Part shown: piece by piece, positions 61,739 through 64,000 of the stretch
Layout of the letters: every line of letters starts with the position of its first letter
Numbering within the stretch: the stretch's first letter is position 1
Assembly (NCBI GenBank): GCA_964493895.1
Contig: CAZBPY010000004.1
Location: 13,271-77,270, forward strand
From: an uncultured Candidatus Saccharibacteria bacterium
GTDB lineage: Bacteria; Patescibacteriota; Saccharimonadia; Saccharimonadales; JAGQNJ01
Length of the DNA: 64,000 nt
Reading direction: 5' to 3'
Notes under the pieces: generated by a model
What the model was told of the DNA's origin: nothing
The model's input: only the letters and a program-made list of their open reading frames with translations
The model's database searches: none
Program-made: the position numbers and the translations under genes

Positions 61739-62067
61739 CTTAGCACCCCTTTTCTTCTGCTGCATTTTACCATGTCGGTGACCAGGGCGCGAACCAACTT
61801 ATTGCGGTAGCCAAATTGGGCTTGTTGGCGGGCAGTCTTCATCTCAGCGGCGATCATTTCTTCGTCGCCAGAGCAAAAGGCGTCGCGTAAATTAGACTTT
61901 AATCCATGGAAGTGGTTGTTTTCTGATAGCAATTGGTCCAGGGCCGCTTTACTGACTGCCCGGACTTTCACATCATTTTCTATAGCTACTTGTTGTTCAA
62001 TTGACAGTTCAAAAGCGGCTTCGACAGCCATCTCTAAGCTTTTAGACAAAATTACTGAGTGGTTCAT
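61735..62067 (-). CDS. Hypothetical helical protein (110 aa) coupled to proS
   Basis: ATG 62067 is preceded by GGAGAG. Its stop overlaps the proS GTG. No motif recognised. The ORF track starts at TTG 62079. Confidence 0.55.
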   Translation of the reverse strand: MNHSVILSKSLEMAVEAAFELSIEQQVAIENDVKVRAVSKAALDQLLSENNHFHGLKSNLRDAFCSGDEEMIAAEMKTARQQAQFGYRNKLVRALVTDMVKCSRRKGVLR

Positions 62068-62081
62068 TTTTCTCTCCAATC

Positions 62082-62106
62082 AAAAACCCCTCTTATTTTA
62101 GAGGGG
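62082..62106 (-). terminator. Intrinsic terminator ending 4 nt upstream of the SD of the next gene
   Basis: The minus strand reads CCCCTC TAAAATAA GAGGGG TTTTT, then GATTGGAGAGAAAAATG. Confidence 0.55.
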
Positions 62107-62107
62107 C

Positions 62108-62189
62108 GTATTACAGTTACATTTTTTAAAACATGTACAAATTACGCCCGGGTGGGCGGTGTGGGTACGTCAAAATGTAGCTGTAATAC
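62108..62189 (-). promoter_or_regulatory. 18-bp inverted repeat enclosing a 46-nt GC-rich loop (leader helix)
   Basis: GTATTACAGTTACATTTT (62108-62125) pairs with AAAATGTAGCTGTAATAC (62172-62189), with one non-Watson-Crick position. The loop contains CGCCC-ACCC-GGGCG. Confidence 0.45.
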
Positions 62190-62205
62190 ATGAATCATGA
62201 TGCTA

Positions 62206-62235
62206 ATTATATCATCTTACTTGAAAAACAAACAA
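62206..62235 (-). promoter_or_regulatory. Candidate extended -10 promoter overlapping the end of the CPBP protease gene
   Basis: Minus strand TTGTTT (62235-62230), 18 nt, TGaTATAAT (TATAAT at 62211-62206). The TG belongs to the TGA stop of the upstream gene. Confidence 0.35.
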
Positions 62236-62973
62236 TAGTGTAAAGGCCAGGCCGTTTTTCAACATATGCAGAGCAATCGGTGCCCCAAGATTGCCGGTTT
62301 TCTCACGCAAATAAATCAATACCAGTGACAAAGTGAAGGTATCCAAGGCTGCTACCCATAACAATGGTGCACCGCTGCCAAATTGCAAGTGAGCAATGGC
62401 GAACAACAGACTAGTGACCACAGCGGCGGTCGGCACCGGCCATTTAGTTTTTAGTCCGCTGTAGAGAAAGCCGCGCATTAAGATTTCCTCGACTATTGGC
62501 GGTAGGATTACTAGGCTGATGAAAACCAGAATTAAATCAAAGCCGGCCCGGGCGGTCTCAAAGCCAACTTGCTGCTCTTGCTGGAAATTAAGTCCTGGAA
62601 ATATGAGTTTGGCCACAATCGCAATGAACAGATAAAGCAGAAAATAGACTCCGAAACCAGCGGCCGCCAGACCCAGGTCTTTCAGACGAGGCCAGGCCAG
62701 ACCAATATCGGAAAAATTGTGCTTTTTGACGTGCAGAAGCCCCCAGATCATCAGCAAAACCAGAGCTTCAATCAGAACAATAAAACTAAACTGGCCGACC
62801 GGATCCTTCAACCACCTATCCAACCCCATTTCCGACACTCCGGCGGCTATTGGAATTGTCAACAATAGAAAACTAGCCGCAATTTGCGAACTAATATATA
62901 CCCCGGTTGTCAGAATTATCGACTGAACCGGATCCCAAAATTTGGTAATTGGCTTCTGGTTATCACTTTTCAC
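62212..62973 (-). CDS. CPBP-family (CAAX/Abi) intramembrane glutamic protease
   Basis: EEILMRGFLY, FAIAH and a distal H (ALHMLKN). Polytopic. 253 aa. Confidence 0.85.
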   Translation of the reverse strand: MKSDNQKPITKFWDPVQSIILTTGVYISSQIAASFLLLTIPIAAGVSEMGLDRWLKDPVGQFSFIVLIEALVLLMIWGLLHVKKHNFSDIGLAWPRLKDLGLAAAGFGVYFLLYLFIAIVAKLIFPGLNFQQEQQVGFETARAGFDLILVFISLVILPPIVEEILMRGFLYSGLKTKWPVPTAAVVTSLLFAIAHLQFGSGAPLLWVAALDTFTLSLVLIYLREKTGNLGAPIALHMLKNGLAFTLLFVFQVR

Positions 62974-64000
62974 TTAAAAAAACCTGCGTACATCAACAAT
63001 TGTAATAAGCACAAACAACAGCATCAAGGCCGCAAAACCAAAACCGTGGATTTTCTCTTCTAGACTCCTAGTTAGCGGCTTTTTCAGTCCCTTAAACAAC
63101 AGTGTCACGAACAAGCGGCCCCCGTCCAAGGCTGGAATTGGCAGAATATTCATAATCGCCAAAGTCAGCGAGATAACAGCGATAATCATCAATATAAACT
63201 GATACCCCAGGATGGCTCCGTCTTTGATGACCACGAAAATACCTACCGGTCCCGATACCTGGTCAGCCGCCTGCCCAGCGTGACCACTAAACACGCTGGC
63301 CAGAGCCGATCCAATGCCCTGCAAAGTCAGTTTGGTGAATTGAGCAGCTGTGCCAACCGCCACTATCGGTGCAGACCAAGTCGAACGCCGCAGGCTGTAT
63401 TCGGTCGGCACTACACCTAGGTAGCCCTTGGGGCTGTCAGTATTTTGGCTGGCTTCAACTTCTTCTTCCGAGCGCAGTTGAACCGTTTTTTGCGATATCT
63501 CGCCGCCAGATTCGATCTCTAAAACCACCTCCTGTCCGGCGTGGTTTTTTGTTAGCTCGGGGAATGAGTCAACTGACTTTATCGGCTGAAGCTTGTTGGC
63601 ATTTGTGCCAACCGCCACCAGTTGATCGCGGCTTTTCAGGCCTGCTTGGGCAGCCGGCGAATCAGGCTCGACATAACCGACCAGGATGTCTTGTTTGACG
63701 GTTTTGGTATCACTGCCCACCGTAAATTGATCATTGACTAGCTTGGGCAGGCCTACTAGAGCCAAAATGGTCAAAATTAACAGAGCTGTCAGTAAATTCA
63801 TCACCACTCCGGCAGTCATAATCTTAACTTTTGTACTTAAATTGGCCGCGCCGTAAGTTCCTTTGCCGATGTCAGCATCGTGTTCGCCTTTTAATCTGAC
63901 GAATCCGCCCAAAGGCAGCCAATTGACACTCAGCAACATACCGTCTTTGAGCTTTTTACCCCAGGCTCGCGGCGGAAACCCAATACCAAATTCTTCGACT
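62974..64000 (-). CDS. rseP: RseP-type site-2 protease (M50), partial: the N-terminus lies beyond the window
   Basis: The reading frame stays open to the window edge (VEEFGIGFPPRAWGKKLKDGMLLSVNWLPLGGFVRLKGE). PDZ region. C-terminal NILPIPALDGGRL. Confidence 0.88.
   Translation of the reverse strand, partial: VEEFGIGFPPRAWGKKLKDGMLLSVNWLPLGGFVRLKGEHDADIGKGTYGAANLSTKVKIMTAGVVMNLLTALLILTILALVGLPKLVNDQFTVGSDTKTVKQDILVGYVEPDSPAAQAGLKSRDQLVAVGTNANKLQPIKSVDSFPELTKNHAGQEVVLEIESGGEISQKTVQLRSEEEVEASQNTDSPKGYLGVVPTEYSLRRSTWSAPIVAVGTAAQFTKLTLQGIGSALASVFSGHAGQAADQVSGPVGIFVVIKDGAILGYQFILMIIAVISLTLAIMNILPIPALDGGRLFVTLLFKGLKKPLTRSLEEKIHGFGFAALMLLFVLITIVDVRRFF

Noticed and set aside
62080-62211. A T-box riboswitch upstream of proS.
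   Set aside because: There is no T-box consensus (AAnnnGGGUGGUACCGCG-like), no recognisable Stem I with a specifier loop, and the leader is only ~110 nt. I kept it as an unclassified attenuator candidate.
1-64000. tRNA, rRNA, CRISPR arrays, IS elements or transposases, integrases and prophage genes.
   Set aside because: Scanning the intergenic regions by eye found no cloverleaf-type GGTTCGAATCC T-arms, no rRNA-like stretches, no regularly spaced repeats and no transposase- or integrase-like ORFs. Short or degenerate elements could have been missed without tools.

Overview
The window is 64 kb of tightly packed bacterial chromosome. It holds about 70 protein genes, many joined by ATGA, TAATG or GTGA start/stop overlaps. 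It uses the standard genetic code: TGA, TAA and TAG all act as stops, and RF2 is present as one uninterrupted ORF. Gene content and architecture suggest a small-genome, monoderm-type organism such as Patescibacteria/CPR (for example Saccharibacteria). That placement is inference only, since no search was run.

Layout:
- 1-11.7 kb, all on the + strand: histidine kinase, response regulator with a low-complexity tail, pseudouridine synthase, der, pth, dprA, topA, a CYTH protein, a sigma-region-4/HARE-HTH protein and a PRTase-like protein.
- 11.73-12.38 kb: a 647-bp ORF-free gap where gene orientation switches from + to -.
- 12.4-20.5 kb (-): a compact dcw cluster, mraZ-rsmH-ftsL-ftsI-mraY-ftsW-murG-ftsQ.
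- 20.7-26.9 kb (-): an accessory stretch with orphan proteins, a GH1 beta-glucosidase, a flavodoxin-like reductase, an NYN protein, a hydrolase and a Doc/RHH toxin-antitoxin pair.
- 26.9-64 kb, mostly (-): housekeeping genes (glyQS, recO, xseAB, rpmA, pyrG, ctp, ftsEX with a PcsB-like CHAP protein, prfB, secA, hpf, serS, lysS, greA, proS, rseP) interleaved with lineage-specific genes.

I saw no rRNA, tRNA, CRISPR array or transposase.

Strongest leads:
1. A roughly 445-nt ORF-free unit between pth and dprA. It has a near-consensus promoter, an intrinsic terminator and six or more strong helices. It is a candidate novel structured RNA.
2. A heliorhodopsin gene that appears co-operonic with msrA, an unannotated 58-aa glycine-zipper membrane protein and a Cas4-like PD-(D/E)XK nuclease.
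3. Two promoter-leader-terminator units that abut downstream genes. They are candidate riboswitch or attenuator elements.
4. A two-component pair in which both phospho-sites are substituted.
5. A dif-like 11-6-11 palindrome in the strand-switch gap.

All calls come from reading the sequence and the ORF track by eye. No database search or folding program was run.
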